A stretch of 64,000 nucleotides of DNA from Thermodesulfobacteriota bacterium (GCA_965198945.1 CBDAQI010000013.1:32001-96000); one strand, 5' to 3'; counted from the stretch's first letter, positions 31,235 through 43,699 are shown. Notes: a model not told the origin generated them from the sequence alone. Numbers and translations are program-made.

Positions 31235-31564
31235 ATGCCGCTTGTAAGAATACCAACACCGCTTAGAAATCTTTCCGGAGACAGAGACGAAATAGGTATC
31301 ACCGCCGGAAACGTCGGAGAAATGATTGAAAAACTTGAAGCGGAATGTCCCGGAATGAAAGACCGGCTCTGCGATGAGAATGGTGAAATCAGAAGGTTTA
31401 TTAATATCTACGTCAACAATGAAGACATAAGATTTCTGGACGGAAGGGAAACCGCGCTTTCCGAAAATGACAATGTTTCAATAATTCCCGCGATTGCGGG
31501 AGGGTTAAAAAGAAAAGCGGAAATTAATTCCCAGATTGAAATTCCTTTGCCAGTTCATCAATAA
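31235..31564 (+). CDS. MoaD/ThiS/CysO-family ubiquitin-like sulfur carrier
   Basis: 'RIPTPLR', '[14 protein letters not shown]', 'IIPAIAGG'; the 19 residues after GG may be a 1-bp artefact. Confidence 0.9.
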   Translation: MPLVRIPTPLRNLSGDRDEIGITAGNVGEMIEKLEAECPGMKDRLCDENGEIRRFINIYVNNEDIRFLDGRETALSENDNVSIIPAIAGGLKRKAEINSQIEIPLPVHQ

Positions 31565-32597
31565 GTTTTTTCTGTTTGGCGGAAAGTTTTGTCGGAATTT
31601 CCACTTTGACTGTTACAAATAAATCTCCCATACCCCTGCCGTTCATATGGGGGATTCCTTTCCCTTTGAGTCTCATAACCGTTCCCGATTGAGTGCCGCC
31701 GGGTATTTTGAAACTTATATCTTTACCGTTCAAAGATGGAATTGATATTTCATCACCCTTGATTGCCTGTATAAAATTTATACTAGCACCACACAGCAGG
31801 TTTGCTCCCTCCCGGGTGAAAATTTCATGCCCGCCCACTATGCACATGATATAAAGGTCTCCGTTCTCCCCTTTTCCATGCGGAGCGGCCCGCCCTTCGC
31901 CTCTTACTCTCAGACGCGTTCCGTTGTCAACCCCGGCTGGTATTAACACTTTCACTTTGCTTGTTTCCCTGACGACTCCCTCTCCGTGACACTTTCCGCA
32001 TGGTTCCGTTATCAATTCCCCTCTGCCCTGACAGCCCCTGCATGTCTGCTGCATTGAGAAAAACCCCTGTGAATATGTCTGGCTTCCCCGGCCTCCGCAT
32101 TGATCGCAGGTTACCGTTTTGTCTCCACCCTTGCCTCGGCATTTTTCGCATTTGACAGTTCGCGGAATACTCACCTCTTCTTTGCATCCGAACACTGCGT
32201 TTTCAAAAGAGATGGCAAGGTCAAGAATGAGATCCTGTCCCCTTGATGAGCCGCGTCTGTTTCCCGCGCCTCCGGAAAAAACATCGTCAAAAAGGTCTCC
32301 GAAAAGTCCGCCCAGGTCACCGAACCCCTCGTTCCGGCCTCCAAATCCGCCGCGCCCGAAATCAAACCCCGCGCCTCCGGCCCCGGCATGTCCGAAATTG
32401 TCGTATTGCGCCCTTTTCTGCTTGTCGGAAAGAACCTGATAGGCCTCGTTGATTTCCTTGAATTTTTCCTCTGCGTCTTTTTCTTTGTTTCTGTCAGGAT
32501 GATATTTGAGAGCGAGTTTTTTATAGGCTTTTTTTATTTCGTCTTCGCTTGCGCTCCCGGAAACTCCGAGAACTTCGTAGTAGTCTTTTTTCCCCAT
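31524..32597 (-). CDS. dnaJ: Chaperone DnaJ
   Basis: [14 protein letters not shown] region, four CxxCxGxG; start reassigned to MGKKDYY. Confidence 0.97.
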   Translation of the reverse strand: MGKKDYYEVLGVSGSASEDEIKKAYKKLALKYHPDRNKEKDAEEKFKEINEAYQVLSDKQKRAQYDNFGHAGAGGAGFDFGRGGFGGRNEGFGDLGGLFGDLFDDVFSGGAGNRRGSSRGQDLILDLAISFENAVFGCKEEVSIPRTVKCEKCRGKGGDKTVTCDQCGGRGSQTYSQGFFSMQQTCRGCQGRGELITEPCGKCHGEGVVRETSKVKVLIPAGVDNGTRLRVRGEGRAAPHGKGENGDLYIMCIVGGHEIFTREGANLLCGASINFIQAIKGDEISIPSLNGKDISFKIPGGTQSGTVMRLKGKGIPHMNGRGMGDLFVTVKVEIPTKLSAKQKKLIDELAKEFQSGN

Positions 32598-32598
32598 T

Positions 32599-33210
32599 CT
32601 ATTCTTCCGTCTCTTTGTCTTCCGCCTCTTTTTCTTCTCCGCCCGATGATACTGCGACAAATACGGGGCGAATCAAGATGTTTTCCATTGAATATCCCTT
32701 TTTTATTTCCTGGACTACGCCGCCCCGCTCAACTTCCTCGGACGTTCTGTTTTCAACCGCCTGATGAATTTCCGGGTTGAACTTCTCCCCCGTTTTGGCT
32801 GAAAGCTGCGTTATGCCGAGGTTATTCAACTGAGAGACCGATTGTTCATAAGTCAGGCGGACACCTTGAACAAACCCTTCAACATCAGAGTCCAGTTGGT
32901 TTCCATGTCGGAGCGCCAGCTCCAGGTTGTCCATGGTGCCGAAAAATGATCTGGCAAGCTCAATCAGCCCTCCAAGACGAGCCTGTTCTTTTTCTTTGGC
33001 GGAACGTTTTTTGTAGTTGTCAAAATCGGCCGCAAGACGCAAAAATTTGTCGTTCAGGTCGTTGAATTTTTCCTCAAAGTTTTCAGCTTCTTCCGAGCCG
33101 TTTTTATATTTACTTTCGGGTGTTTTTTCATCGGCCGCCGCTTTTTTCTCCGGGGCTTCCGTGTCGTTTCTCCTCTCGCCGTTTTTCATTTTCTCTTTTT
33201 TTGAGGGCAT
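32599..33210 (-). CDS. grpE: Nucleotide exchange factor GrpE
   Basis: [25 protein letters not shown]...IRPV.V.V. Confidence 0.95.
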   Translation of the reverse strand: MPSKKEKMKNGERRNDTEAPEKKAAADEKTPESKYKNGSEEAENFEEKFNDLNDKFLRLAADFDNYKKRSAKEKEQARLGGLIELARSFFGTMDNLELALRHGNQLDSDVEGFVQGVRLTYEQSVSQLNNLGITQLSAKTGEKFNPEIHQAVENRTSEEVERGGVVQEIKKGYSMENILIRPVFVAVSSGGEEKEAEDKETEE

Positions 33211-33227
33211 GGTGTAACAAACTCCTT

Positions 33228-33782
33228 TTATATTCCGCTTTTACAACGCGAATCATCCGGATGCCCAAAGTCCGCATCTTCCATGTAGATTTTTGAGTTT
33301 TTCACATAGTTTTCAGCTGATATTTTTATACTTTCTTTTTCTTCCTCTGTCAGGTCTCTCACTACTTTGGCGGGTACTCCGACCGCAAGTTTGCCGGAAG
33401 GCACCGAAAACCCCGGAGGCACAAGGGCACCCGCCCCGACAATTGACTCTCCGTGTATTCTCGCTCCGTCAAGAACAATTGCTCCCATTCCCACCAGAAC
33501 CTTGTCTTCAATCACGCATCCGTGAACAATCGCATTGTGGCCCACTGTTACAAAGTCTCCAATTTCAAGCGGATATTTGCCGGAGGTTATATGAAGCATT
33601 GAATTATCCTGCACGTTTGTGCGGGTGCCGATTTTTATGCTGTGCACATCTCCTCTGGCAACCGTGTTAAACCACAAGCTTGATTCCCGGCCGACTGTAA
33701 CATCTCCGACTACGACAGCATGTTCGGCTATGAAAGCGGTGCGGTGTATGCACGGGGTTTTTCCTTTAAGGGTTTTTATCAA
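33228..33782 (-). CDS. Gamma carbonic anhydrase-family (YrdA/PaaY-like) protein
   Basis: RGDV, TNVQDN..LH, VTVGH..IVHGC, hexapeptide repeats. Confidence 0.92.
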   Translation of the reverse strand: MIKTLKGKTPCIHRTAFIAEHAVVVGDVTVGRESSLWFNTVARGDVHSIKIGTRTNVQDNSMLHITSGKYPLEIGDFVTVGHNAIVHGCVIEDKVLVGMGAIVLDGARIHGESIVGAGALVPPGFSVPSGKLAVGVPAKVVRDLTEEEKESIKISAENYVKNSKIYMEDADFGHPDDSRCKSGI

Positions 33783-33783
33783 T

Positions 33784-35696
33784 TTATTTATCTGTTATTT
33801 CCGCGTCTATAACCTCTCCGTCATCGTCCTTGTTTTTTTTATCTCGGTTTGTTCTTCCTCTGCCTGACCCGGTTGTGCTGATCCGTTCGCCTCCTGCTGC
33901 TGTTTATACATTATTTCGGCAAGTTTGTGAGATGCCTTGGTTATATCATCAGATGCCTTGACAATGTCTTCGGAGCTTCCGGATTTAATGGCTTCCTTAC
34001 CCGTTTTAAGAGCCTGCTCAAGGTCTTCTTTTTCTTTATCGGAAAGCTTTTTTTTGTGCTCTTCAAAGGTTTTTTCAGTTGAATAAATCAACTGGTCCAG
34101 CTGGTTTTTTTCCTGAACGGTCTTGTGTTTTTTCTCGTCCTCCTCTGATTTTTCCTCAGCGTCTTTTATCATTGAGTCTATTTCTTCCTGAGAGAGTCCG
34201 CTTGAAGATTCAACCTTGATTTTCTGTTCCTTGCCTGTTGCTTTGTCCTGAGCGGTTACGTGCAGAATACCGTCCGCGTCTATGTCAAAAGAAACCTCAA
34301 CCTGGGGCAACCCTCTGGGCGCCGGGGGGATTTTATCCAGAATAAACTTGGCAAGAGTCCTGTTGTCGGAAGACATTTTTCTCTCTCCCTGAAGAACATG
34401 TATTTCAACCTGTGTTTGATTATCTTCCGCGGTTGTGAAAACCTGGCTTTTCTTTGCCGGTATTGTTGTGTTTGATTCAATTATTGGGGTCATTATTCCA
34501 CCGAGGGTTTCAATTCCCAACGAAAGCGGTGTAACATCCAAAAGCAGAACATCCTTCACATCACCGCCGAGCACCGCTCCCTGAATAGCCGCTCCCATCG
34601 CCACAACCTCGTCCGGGTTGATTCCCTTGTGCGGTTCCCTCCCAAAGAAGTCGGTAACAGTTTTCTGAACGAGAGGCATTCTTGTTGAACCTCCGACAAG
34701 CAGAACCTCTGATATGTCCGAAGCTTTGAGGCCCGCGTCTTCAAGAGCCTTTTTACAGGGTTCAAGAGTTCCTTTTACCATTGGGTCTATAAGCTGTTCA
34801 AGTTTTGACCGTGTTATTTTCATCACTAGATGTTTGGCGCCCGATGAGTCAGCCGTGATAAACGGCAGGTTGATTTCCGTCTCAAGTTTGTTTGAAAGCT
34901 CAATTTTCGCTTTTTCAGCAGCCTCTCTGAGACGCTGAATTGCCATTTTGTCGCCTGACAGATCTATGCCGCTGTCTTTTTTGAACTCTTCAATGATGTA
35001 GGAGATGATGTGCCGGTCAAAGTCATCTCCTCCCAGCGCCGTGTCTCCGTTGGTGGATTTTACTTCTATTACTCCGTCACTTATCTCAAGCACTGACACG
35101 TCAAAAGTTCCGCCGCCAAGGTCGTAAACCACAATTTTACGGTCTTTCTGATTATCAAAACCGTAAGCGAGCGCGGCGGCCGTCGGCTCGTTGATAATTC
35201 TGTTCACTTCAAGACCGGCAATTTTACCGGCATCTTTGGTGGCCTGTCTCTGGCTGTCGTTAAAATAAGCGGGAACGGTGATCACGGCCTCTTTGACTTC
35301 AACGCCAAGATAGTTTTCAGCCGCTTTTTTCAGCTTCATCAAAACATGGGATGCTATTTGCGGAGGGGAGTATTTTTTCTCTTCCACTTCAATCCACGCA
35401 TCTTCACCTTTTGATGAAGAAACAATGTTGTAGGGAAGTTTCTCCGTCAATTCTTTGACTTCATCAACCCGCCTTCCCATAAGGCGTTTTGATGAATAAA
35501 TGGTGTTTGCCGGGTTGACAACAGCCTGTCTTTTTGCGGGAACCCCGACGAGCACACCGTCTTCTTTTGTGAAAGCGACCGTTGAAGGAGTTGTACGCTC
35601 TCCTTCTTCATTGACTATAACCTTTGCTTCTCCGCCTTCAACAACGGAAACTACCGAGTTTGTTGTTCCCAGGTCTATACCGATTATTTTTGACAT
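33784..35696 (-). CDS. dnaK: Chaperone DnaK (frameshift in the extreme C-terminal tail)
   Basis: [25 protein letters not shown]; the conserved tail '[10 protein letters not shown]' lies in another frame ending at 33784. Confidence 0.98.
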
Positions 35697-35886
35697 TCCA
35701 TTCCTCCGTTTTTTCAGGCTGATGTTAAAAAACAGCCTTGATTTTCAAATTCTTTTTCTTCTCACTTCTTCCGGGTTTCTCAATATGATTCCCTTTGCCG
35801 ATTTTTCTGGCACACGGGCAACTTCCACCAACCCCAACATATTTATATTGAAGGCAATGTTTGCAACCCCAGTCCCCGGCACTTCT

Positions 35887-35914
35887 AAAATAAGCACTGA
35901 AAGTGAGGTGTCAA
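35887..35914 (-). promoter_or_regulatory. Candidate sigma70 promoter of the dnaK operon
   Basis: Minus strand TTGACA-16-TATTTT. Confidence 0.45.
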
Positions 35915-35976
35915 TAAATAAAATGAGCCTCAAAAAAAGAACGGTTCCAATATGTGCAAGAAAAAATCATATTGTA

Positions 35977-35989
35977 TATCAATAAGTTA
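35977..35989 (+). promoter_or_regulatory. IHF-consensus site
   Basis: TATCAATAAGTTA matches WATCAANNNNTTR, with an upstream A6 tract. Confidence 0.4.
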
Positions 35990-36056
35990 AGATGCAAACC
36001 GAAGGTACAATCTATGGGGCTGTGTTTTCGCGTTTTTTGCCCGGAGCGCTTTTAAG

Positions 36057-37220
36057 TCAGGCGGATATGGCGCTCACCGCTTTTTCCGCCGCCTCTTTCA
36101 TGTCGGCGCCCGTTGTAATATCAAGCCCGGATTCGGCAAGCATTTTCCTGCCAAGCTCAACGTTTGTGCCTTCAAGCCTTACAACCAGAGGAACTTTGAT
36201 TCCGACCTCTCTGGCGGCGGTGATTATACCCTCCGCAATGACGTCGCATTTCATTATGCCCCCGAATATGTTCACCAGAATTGATTTCACATTTTTGTCG
36301 CTCAGTATCATTTTGAATGCCTTTGTAACCTGCTCTGTGGTTGCTCCTCCGCCGACATCAAGAAAGTTTGCCGGCTCCCCTCCGTAATATTTGATTATAT
36401 CCATTGTTGCCATGGCAAGACCTGCCCCGTTTACAAGACACCCTATGTTCCCGTCCATTTTAACAAAACTGATTCCCACTTCCCGCGCTTCGGCATCAAG
36501 AGGATTTTCATCGCTCAGGTCGCGCATTTCTTCAAGAGATTTGTGTCTGTAGAGGGCGTTGTCATCAAGGTTTATCTTGCAGTCAAGCGCCTTCAAGTCA
36601 CCTTCTCCGGTCAATATCAGGGGGTTAATCTCCGCGATTGAGCAGTCATTTTCAGTATAGAGTTTGTAAAGACCCGATATAAAACCAACCGCTTTGTTAA
36701 CGGTTTTTCCCGTAAGTCCCATTCCATATGCAATCCTTCTGCATTGAAAAGGCTGTATTCCGATTGCCGGGTCAATAATCTCCTTGATGATTTTTTCCGG
36801 TGTTTCCTTTGCGACTTCCTCAATTTCAACTCCGCCTTCCGAGCTTGCCATTACTATGTCTTTTTCGTTTGAGCGGTCTGACACAATTGCCAGATAAAAC
36901 TCATGCTTAATGTCAGCGGGTTCTTCCACAAGGACCTTGCGTACGACTTTTCCCTCAGGCCCGGTCTGGTGTGTTAAGAGAGTCATTCCGAGCATTTCTG
37001 ATGAGATTTCTTCCACCTCTTCGGGAGTTACGGCTATTTTAATTCCTCCGGCTTTGCCCCTGCCTCCGGCAAGAACCTGAGCCTTTACGACAAATTTTTC
37101 AAAATTAAGAGATTTGGCGTGCCGGACGGCTTGCTCCGCCGTTTCCGCCACCTTTCCGGCGGGAACGGGCACTCCGTATTTTGAAAGCAGTTCTTTTGAC
37201 TGATACTCATGAAGGTTCAC
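36057..37220 (-). CDS. sucC: Succinyl-CoA ligase beta subunit
   Basis: [32 protein letters not shown]. Confidence 0.97.
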   Translation of the reverse strand: MNLHEYQSKELLSKYGVPVPAGKVAETAEQAVRHAKSLNFEKFVVKAQVLAGGRGKAGGIKIAVTPEEVEEISSEMLGMTLLTHQTGPEGKVVRKVLVEEPADIKHEFYLAIVSDRSNEKDIVMASSEGGVEIEEVAKETPEKIIKEIIDPAIGIQPFQCRRIAYGMGLTGKTVNKAVGFISGLYKLYTENDCSIAEINPLILTGEGDLKALDCKINLDDNALYRHKSLEEMRDLSDENPLDAEAREVGISFVKMDGNIGCLVNGAGLAMATMDIIKYYGGEPANFLDVGGGATTEQVTKAFKMILSDKNVKSILVNIFGGIMKCDVIAEGIITAAREVGIKVPLVVRLEGTNVELGRKMLAESGLDITTGADMKEAAEKAVSAISA

Positions 37221-37241
37221 TTTGTTTTTCTCCCTTTGAAT

Positions 37242-37982
37242 TTATTTTATGGCGGATTTTATCCAGCTCCTTTTCATGTTGGCAATGTTGATGATGGAAA
37301 TTCCTTTGGGGCAGACTGCTTCACATTCGGCGTGATTTGAGCAGTTTCCGAAGCCTTCGGCATCCATTTGTTCAACCATCCCCGCAACCCTGCTCATCGC
37401 TTCGGGGGCTCCCTGGGGCAGAATACCGAGGTGGGTTATTTTTGCCGAGGTGAAGAGCGAAGCGGAAGCGTTGGGACAAGCCGCCACACACGCCCCGCAC
37501 CCGATGCATTCGGCCGAATCCATTGCCTCGTCGGCTATCCGTTTTGGAATTGGAATATCATTTGCGTTCGGCGCGCTTCCGGTGTTCACCGAAACATAAC
37601 CTCCCGCACGGATGATTCTGTCAAAGGCGCTTCTGTCAACTATAAGATCCTTCTGAACCGGAAAAGCATTTGCCCGGAAAGGCTCAATGAATATGGTGTC
37701 TCCGTCTTTGAAGTGTCTCATATGCAGCTGGCAGACTGTTGTTCCGGATTCCGGGCCGTGCGCCTCTCCGTTGATGGTAAGTCCGCAGGTCCCGCAAATA
37801 CCCTCTCTGCAATCACTGTCAAAGGCAATCGGGTCTATGTCTTCTTTGATCAGGTCTTCATTGATAACATCCAGCATTTCCAGAAAGGACATATCGGGTG
37901 ATACGTCTTTTGCTTCGTATTTTTGTATTGCACCTTTTGACTCCGCATCTTTCTGACGCCAGACCATAAGCGTTAGATTCAT
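37242..37982 (-). CDS. sdhB: Succinate dehydrogenase/fumarate reductase Fe-S subunit
   Basis: [23 protein letters not shown]....ECEAVCP. Confidence 0.95.
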   Translation of the reverse strand: MNLTLMVWRQKDAESKGAIQKYEAKDVSPDMSFLEMLDVINEDLIKEDIDPIAFDSDCREGICGTCGLTINGEAHGPESGTTVCQLHMRHFKDGDTIFIEPFRANAFPVQKDLIVDRSAFDRIIRAGGYVSVNTGSAPNANDIPIPKRIADEAMDSAECIGCGACVAACPNASASLFTSAKITHLGILPQGAPEAMSRVAGMVEQMDAEGFGNCSNHAECEAVCPKGISIINIANMKRSWIKSAIK

Positions 37983-38002
37983 TGTTTTAAGGTTTTCATA
38001 CA

Positions 38003-38287
38003 TCAGATATAGCCCCATTTTTTAAACTGTCTCTGCAAATCCGGGTCGTTTTGAAACGCCAGGTGGAACAGATACTCGGAAGCCAGGTCCAATTCGTCAG
38101 ACCAGAATACGGCGCTATGTTTCACCTTGAAATTTTTGAAATACTTCTTTTCTTTCAATTTGGAAAAGACGGGTCTCCTGTCGTTCAATATTGTCTGCTC
38201 AAGACCTGCAATTCCGGCTTTGCCGTTGTTAAAAACAAGGCGGATATTGTAATCGCCCGCATATTCGGCTTCTGTGACTTCAAGCAT
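38003..38287 (-). CDS. DUF2442-family protein (putative antitoxin)
   Basis: 'V..AEY..DY.I.L.FNNG', 'F..F.V....V.W....DLA.EYL'. Confidence 0.8.
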   Translation of the reverse strand: MLEVTEAEYAGDYNIRLVFNNGKAGIAGLEQTILNDRRPVFSKLKEKKYFKNFKVKHSAVFWSDELDLASEYLFHLAFQNDPDLQRQFKKWGYI

Positions 38288-38295
38288 TGCATGCC

Positions 38296-38460
38296 CTATA
38301 CTAACGGCTTTATTTTACTGTATTTCCCCGTTTTTTGAATACTGTTTCAGTTTTCCAGCAGTTCGTCCCGATGCTGTTCCGCCCACTCAACCACCAGATT
38401 CATAACTCTTTGAGGCAGTTTTCCTTCCAGCGGTTCCAATGTTTCTTTCTGTGTTTTCAT
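38296..38460 (-). pseudogene. DUF4160 remnant (N-terminus missing, in-frame TGA)
   Basis: MKTQKETLEPLEGKLPQRVMNLVVEWAEQHRDELLEN*NSIQKTGKYSKIKPLV; TGA at 38347-38349 sits where the family has ELLENW. Confidence 0.75.
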
Positions 38461-38689
38461 AACCCATCGTTTTTTAAGTCAAAGGCTTAGACAACATTTA
38501 TTTTGATGAACTTCTCTTTGGGATACTGCCGCTCCATTGCTTCTCTTAGGGTGTTGTGTGCTTTTATTAGAGACTCTATTTTCCTCAACACGTTTCATAA
38601 TTCGTTCAGTCAACTGCTTGACTTCATGAACAACATTCTGTCCTATCAGTTTTTCAAGAGACTCTTCCGTAAAAAGAAGAGAGGCAGGT

Positions 38690-40600
38690 TTATTTGTAAC
38701 TCCTTGTTGAAGGCTTTACAAATTCAAAATCAAGATTTTCTTTCTGAAGTTCAGCCTGTCCGTCCGGGTTGCTTTTCCATGCGGCCACATATGAATAATT
38801 TTCATCATCGCGCAGCGCTTCTCCGTCTCCGGTTTGAAATTCCTCCCTGAAATGTCCTCCGCAGGACTCCTCCCTTTCCAAAGCGTCTTTTGCCATCAAT
38901 TCTCCGAGTTCAAGAAAATCAGCCACCCTGCCAGCCATTTCGAGATTTTTGTTAATCGTGTCGGAGCCTTCCGGGATTTTTACATTGTTGTGGAACTCTT
39001 CTCTAAGCCTTGGAATCTCTTTAAGAGCGTGGTTCAGGCCTTCTCTGTTTCTGGACATCCCGACATAGTCCCAGATGATTTTTCCGAGTTCGCGGTGAAA
39101 CTCAAGAACGGTTTTGTTTCCTTTGATTGAGAGCAGTTTGTCCGTTTTATCCGTAACCTCTTTTACGCTCTGTTTGAATTCATCGGAATCCTCGGTTGTT
39201 TCCCGCAGCTTTGCTCCCGCAAAGTATTCGCCGATTGTATAGGGTATTACGAAATAACCGTCCGCAAGCCCCTGCATTAGAGCGCTTGCGCCCAGTCTGT
39301 TTGCTCCGTGGTCTGAGAAATTTGCCTCTCCGAGAACAAAGAGTCCCGGAATTGTGCTCATCAGCCCGTAGTCAACCCACAGCCCGCCCATGCAGTAGTG
39401 AACCGCCGGATAGATTCTCATCGGAACCTTGTAGGGGTTCTCATCGGTAATTTTCTGATATATGTCAAAAAGGTTTCCGTATTTTTCCCTCACCGTCCGT
39501 TCACCGAGCCTCTGTATCGCTGAAGCAAAATCCAGATAGACCGCAAGTCCGGTCTCCCCTACTCCGCCTCCTTCATCACAGATGGCTTTTGCGGCCCTTG
39601 AAGCCACATCTCTGGGCACAAGATTTCCAAATGCGGGGTATCTTCTCTCAAGATAGTAGTCTCTTTCTTCTTCCGGTATCAGGTCCGGACTTCTTTTATC
39701 TTCCCTGTTTTTCGGCACCCATACCCGTCCGTCATTTCTGAGGCTTTCACTCATCAGAGTCAGTTTTGACTGATGGTCACCGGAGACCGGAATGCATGTG
39801 GGGTGTATCTGGGTAAAACAGGGGTTTGCAAAAATAGCGCCTTTTTTATGGCATCGCCATGCCGCCGTTACATTTGAGTTTCTGCCGTTTGTTGACAAGT
39901 AGTAGATATTGCCGTATCCGCCGGTTGCAAGAACAACCGCATCCGCTTCATATGGTTCTACCCGGCCGTTTTTGAGGTTTCTGCAAACCACGCCCCGCAC
40001 TTTCCCGTCAACAATGACTAGGTCAAGCATTTCCCTCATCGGTAGAATCTCCACCCCTCCCTTGTCCGCCTGACGCATAAGAGCGCTGTAGGCCCCGATT
40101 AGAAGCTGCTGCCCTGTTTGACCGCGCGCGTAGAATGTTCTTGAAACCTGTGCTCCTCCGAAAGAGCGGTTTTCAAGCATTCCGCCGTAGTCTCTGGCGA
40201 AAGGAACCCCCTGTGCGACGCACTGGTCTATAATGCCGGCGCTTATCTCCGCAAGCCTGTAGACGTTCGCCTCTCTGGCCCTGTAGTCTCCGCCTTTTAT
40301 GGTGTCGTAGAAAAGACGCCATACGCTGTCGCCGTCATTCTGGTAGTTTTTTGCGGCGTTAATACCGCCCTGGGCGGCGATGCTGTGAGCTCTTCTCGGA
40401 GAGTCCTGAATGCAGATATTTTTGACTTTGTATCCGAGCTCGGCGAGTGAGGCGGAAGCCGATGCTCCGGCAAGACCGCTGCCTACCACTATAACTTTGA
40501 AACCGCGTTTATTGGCCGGGTTGACAAGCGGCACACTGGATTTGTATTTAGTCCACTTGTCTTCAAGTCCGCCTTCGGGAATTTTTGCGTTAAGAGACAA
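38690..40600 (-). CDS. sdhA: Succinate dehydrogenase/fumarate reductase flavoprotein
   Basis: [42 protein letters not shown] start at 40600 inferred. Confidence 0.96.
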   Translation of the reverse strand: MSLNAKIPEGGLEDKWTKYKSSVPLVNPANKRGFKVIVVGSGLAGASASASLAELGYKVKNICIQDSPRRAHSIAAQGGINAAKNYQNDGDSVWRLFYDTIKGGDYRAREANVYRLAEISAGIIDQCVAQGVPFARDYGGMLENRSFGGAQVSRTFYARGQTGQQLLIGAYSALMRQADKGGVEILPMREMLDLVIVDGKVRGVVCRNLKNGRVEPYEADAVVLATGGYGNIYYLSTNGRNSNVTAAWRCHKKGAIFANPCFTQIHPTCIPVSGDHQSKLTLMSESLRNDGRVWVPKNREDKRSPDLIPEEERDYYLERRYPAFGNLVPRDVASRAAKAICDEGGGVGETGLAVYLDFASAIQRLGERTVREKYGNLFDIYQKITDENPYKVPMRIYPAVHYCMGGLWVDYGLMSTIPGLFVLGEANFSDHGANRLGASALMQGLADGYFVIPYTIGEYFAGAKLRETTEDSDEFKQSVKEVTDKTDKLLSIKGNKTVLEFHRELGKIIWDYVGMSRNREGLNHALKEIPRLREEFHNNVKIPEGSDTINKNLEMAGRVADFLELGELMAKDALEREESCGGHFREEFQTGDGEALRDDENYSYVAAWKSNPDGQAELQKENLDFEFVKPSTRSYK

Positions 40601-40605
40601 CTTTT

Positions 40606-41280
40606 TTATCCTGAGTGCCCTGTTATATGCACCCACAACGGTATCACCAAAAATCCCACGGACAGGATGACCGCTGTGAAATACCCCGCCGCTTTCACAA
40701 AAGGCATGTATTTTTTATTGACCGCGCCTACGGACTGAAACGCGCTCCAGTATCCGTGACGCAAATGAAAGCCGAGAAAAACCATAACTGCCGTGTAAAT
40801 GGCGACATTGATATGGCTTCTGAAAAAGTCGTAGACAAGCGCGTGTAGATCTCTTGATATCTCTCCGTTGATAACGGTTTCATAGCCCTCTGCGATACCG
40901 GGACCGAAACGGAAAGTTTTTACATGCCAGATTGTAAAAACCAGAAGAATAATTCCCGTGTAAATCATGTTTCTTGAAGCTCTCGGACTTGTGGCCGAGG
41001 CCCTGCCTTTTGAATTTGCCACGTATTTTTTGTCTCGCGCTCTCCTGTTTGCGATTGTGACCGCAAGGGAGCTTATTATATGGGCCGCAAACAGAACAAC
41101 CAGAGATATTTCAAGTGCGGTGAGAAGCCACCCAAGGTCATGGAGATACTTTGCATATGAATTAAACAGAGCCGGTCCGTTACTGAAAAGTGTTAGGTTG
41201 CCCGCGAGATGAAATATGAGAAACGATATAAGACCTATGCCCGTAAGAGCATTTAAGATTTTCTTCAAGACCGATGACAT
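40606..41280 (-). CDS. sdhC: Succinate dehydrogenase cytochrome b subunit
   Basis: Five TM segments, haem His motifs FHLAGN and HLRHG..SAFQS. Confidence 0.92.
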   Translation of the reverse strand: MSSVLKKILNALTGIGLISFLIFHLAGNLTLFSNGPALFNSYAKYLHDLGWLLTALEISLVVLFAAHIISSLAVTIANRRARDKKYVANSKGRASATSPRASRNMIYTGIILLVFTIWHVKTFRFGPGIAEGYETVINGEISRDLHALVYDFFRSHINVAIYTAVMVFLGFHLRHGYWSAFQSVGAVNKKYMPFVKAAGYFTAVILSVGFLVIPLWVHITGHSG

Positions 41281-41283
41281 TTT

Positions 41284-42222
41284 TCAGTCCCTGATGGAGT
41301 CTATTTTTTCACAAAGTTCCTTTACTCTTGATGAGGAAAGGAGAAGTTCCCGAGACTCTTTTTCCGCAAGTTCAATCTCAACAATTTCCTCAACTCCCCC
41401 GGCTCCAAGTTTGACCGGCAGACCCGCAAAAATTCCGTCAATTCCGTATTCTCCCTCGGCGAGCACACAACAGGGGAGTATCTGTTTTTTGTCTTTTATT
41501 ATCGCTTCGGCCATCAATGCGGCCGCCGCCCCCGGCGCGTAGAAGGCGCTTCCAGTTTTAAGCAGTGAAACTATTTCCGCTCCGCCTTTGCGGGTTCGCT
41601 CTATCAGAGCGTCTATTTTTTCCTGCGGAAGAAGGTCGTTAAGGGGGATGCCTGAAACCGTTGTATACCGGGCGAGCGGAACCATGTCGTCTCCGTGTCC
41701 TCCGAGCACAAACGCTTCTATGTTCTCAACTGAGACATCAAGCTCGGACGCTATGAAAGTTTTGAAACGTGCGGAATCAAGAACGCCCGCCATTCCCATA
41801 ACCCGCCGTTTTGGAAAGCCGCTTGTTTTGTAAGCCGTATAGACCATTGCATCAAGCGGGTTTGTTACAAGAATCAAAATGGCTTCAGGAGATTTTTCGG
41901 CAACCTGTCTGACCACCTGGCGGACAATTTTTGTGTTTGTGGCGAGCAGGTCATCTCTGCTCATGCCCGGTTTTCTCGCAATGCCGGAAGTGATAATCAC
42001 TATGTCTGAATTTTCGGTCTCATCGTATCCGTTGCTTCCGCGAACTTTTACATTAATTCCGAGCGCCGCACACATTTGCGCCATGTCAAGCGCTTTGCCC
42101 TGCGGCATATCTTCAAGAATATCAACTATTATAACATCGCCGATTTCAAGCTCGGCCACTCTGAGTGCGGCGGTTGCTCCCACATTGCCTCCGCCTATTA
42201 TGGAAATTTTAGGTCTTGCCAT
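41284..42222 (-). CDS. mdh: Malate dehydrogenase (LDH-like)
   Basis: [27 protein letters not shown]. Confidence 0.97.
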   Translation of the reverse strand: MARPKISIIGGGNVGATAALRVAELEIGDVIIVDILEDMPQGKALDMAQMCAALGINVKVRGSNGYDETENSDIVIITSGIARKPGMSRDDLLATNTKIVRQVVRQVAEKSPEAILILVTNPLDAMVYTAYKTSGFPKRRVMGMAGVLDSARFKTFIASELDVSVENIEAFVLGGHGDDMVPLARYTTVSGIPLNDLLPQEKIDALIERTRKGGAEIVSLLKTGSAFYAPGAAAALMAEAIIKDKKQILPCCVLAEGEYGIDGIFAGLPVKLGAGGVEEIVEIELAEKESRELLLSSSRVKELCEKIDSIRD

Positions 42223-42234
42223 TTCCTTTCCCTT

Positions 42235-43608
42235 TTACATGTTCTCAACTATGGCATTTCCAAACTCGCTGCATTTCAGAAGGGTGGCTCCTTCCATGAG
42301 ACGCTCAAAGTCATAAGTTACGGTTTTATTCCTGATTGATTCCGCAATTCCCTTTTCAATAAGGTCGGCGGCTTCATCCCATCCCATATGGCGGAACATC
42401 ATAACGCCCGAAAGAATTACGGAACTCGGATTCACTTTGTCCTGTCCGGCATATTTGGGAGCAGTCCCGTGAGTCGCCTCAAAGATTCCGTGCCCCGTTT
42501 CATAGTTTATGTTGGCTCCGGGAGCTATTCCTATGCCTCCCACCTGTGCGGCGAGAGCGTCTGACAGGTAGTCTCCGTTAAGATTCATTGTGGCTATTAC
42601 ATCAAACTCTTTGGCTCTTGTGAGAACCTGCTGAAGAGTGATGTCGGCGATTGTGTCTTTGACCATAAGCTTTTCTTTGTATTTTCCGCCGCCGTGCGAA
42701 TCGTAAATTGATTTAACAACACTCTCCACCTCAGCGCACAAATCAGCCTTTTGTGACTCGGTCATCATGTCATATCCCGGATCTATCTTCTTTGCATTTT
42801 CTTCAGTGCTTATTTCCGTCTTTCTGTCCTTGTTATCCAGAATCCAGCTCTCTCTCTCGGTTATGGTTTGAGTGCGGAATTCGGAAGTGGCAACCTCAAA
42901 TCCCCAGTCTTTGAAAGCCCCTTCGGTAAACTTCATTATATTGCCCTTGTGAACAAAACAAACGCTTCTGCGTCCCTGTTCCAGAGCGTAGCGTATTGCC
43001 GCACGCACAAGCCGGGAGGTTCCCTCCCTTGAGACAGGTTTGATTCCTATTCCCGAAGTTTCGGGAAAACGGATTTTTTGCACTCCCATTTCATCCCGCA
43101 TAAAGGCTATTATCTTTTTTGCTTCGGGGGTTTCCGCTTTCCATTCAATTCCGGCGTATATGTCTTCGGAGTTTTCACGGAAAATCACCATGTCAACGTC
43201 TTGTGGTTTTTTAACCGGACTGGGTACGCCCTCATACCACCTCACGGGCCTCAGACAGACATACAGGTCAAGTATTTGTCTCAAAGCTACGTTAAGGCTT
43301 CTTATTCCTCCGCCTATGGGAGTTGTGAGAGGGCCTTTGATCCCGACAAGGTATTTCCTGAAGTTTTCAATTGTTTCTTCCGGCAACCAGTTTCCAGTTT
43401 CATTGAAGGCCTTTTCTCCGGCAAGCACTTCAAGCCAGTCAATTTTCCTTCTTCCGCCATATGCTTTTTCAACGGCGGAATCAAACACATTTTGTGAAGA
43501 CTTCCATATATCGGGTCCCGTTCCGTCACCTTCAATAAAAGGGATGACTGGGTTGTCGGGCACTTCAAGCTTGTCGTTTCTGATTGTTATTTTTTGTCCT
43601 TCCGGCAT
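42235..43608 (-). CDS. icd: NADP-dependent isocitrate dehydrogenase with a long insertion
   Basis: [37 protein letters not shown]. Confidence 0.97.
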   Translation of the reverse strand: MPEGQKITIRNDKLEVPDNPVIPFIEGDGTGPDIWKSSQNVFDSAVEKAYGGRRKIDWLEVLAGEKAFNETGNWLPEETIENFRKYLVGIKGPLTTPIGGGIRSLNVALRQILDLYVCLRPVRWYEGVPSPVKKPQDVDMVIFRENSEDIYAGIEWKAETPEAKKIIAFMRDEMGVQKIRFPETSGIGIKPVSREGTSRLVRAAIRYALEQGRRSVCFVHKGNIMKFTEGAFKDWGFEVATSEFRTQTITERESWILDNKDRKTEISTEENAKKIDPGYDMMTESQKADLCAEVESVVKSIYDSHGGGKYKEKLMVKDTIADITLQQVLTRAKEFDVIATMNLNGDYLSDALAAQVGGIGIAPGANINYETGHGIFEATHGTAPKYAGQDKVNPSSVILSGVMMFRHMGWDEAADLIEKGIAESIRNKTVTYDFERLMEGATLLKCSEFGNAIVENM

Positions 43609-43670
43609 TGGCTGACTCCTTAAAATCTTGAAAAGTTCTGTGGTATCCGGGCTTATCCCCGGCTGTGGGA

Positions 43671-43699
43671 ATAATAATTGCGTAAAGTTTTATTGTCAA
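43671..43699 (-). promoter_or_regulatory. sigma70 promoter of icd-mdh-sdh-sucC
   Basis: Minus strand TTGACA-17-TATTAT. Confidence 0.7.

Noticed and set aside
35885..35915. CIRCE element upstream of dnaK
   Set aside because: Only one arm resembles GAGTGCTAA; the other arm and the 9-nt spacing do not fit
36057..37220. sucC without an adjacent sucD
   Set aside because: Split sucC/sucD loci are not rare and cannot be judged from one window
38347..38349. TGA at a conserved Trp position suggesting genetic code 4 or readthrough
   Set aside because: TGA is the normal stop of many genes here and Trp is TGG elsewhere; the gene is also 5'-truncated
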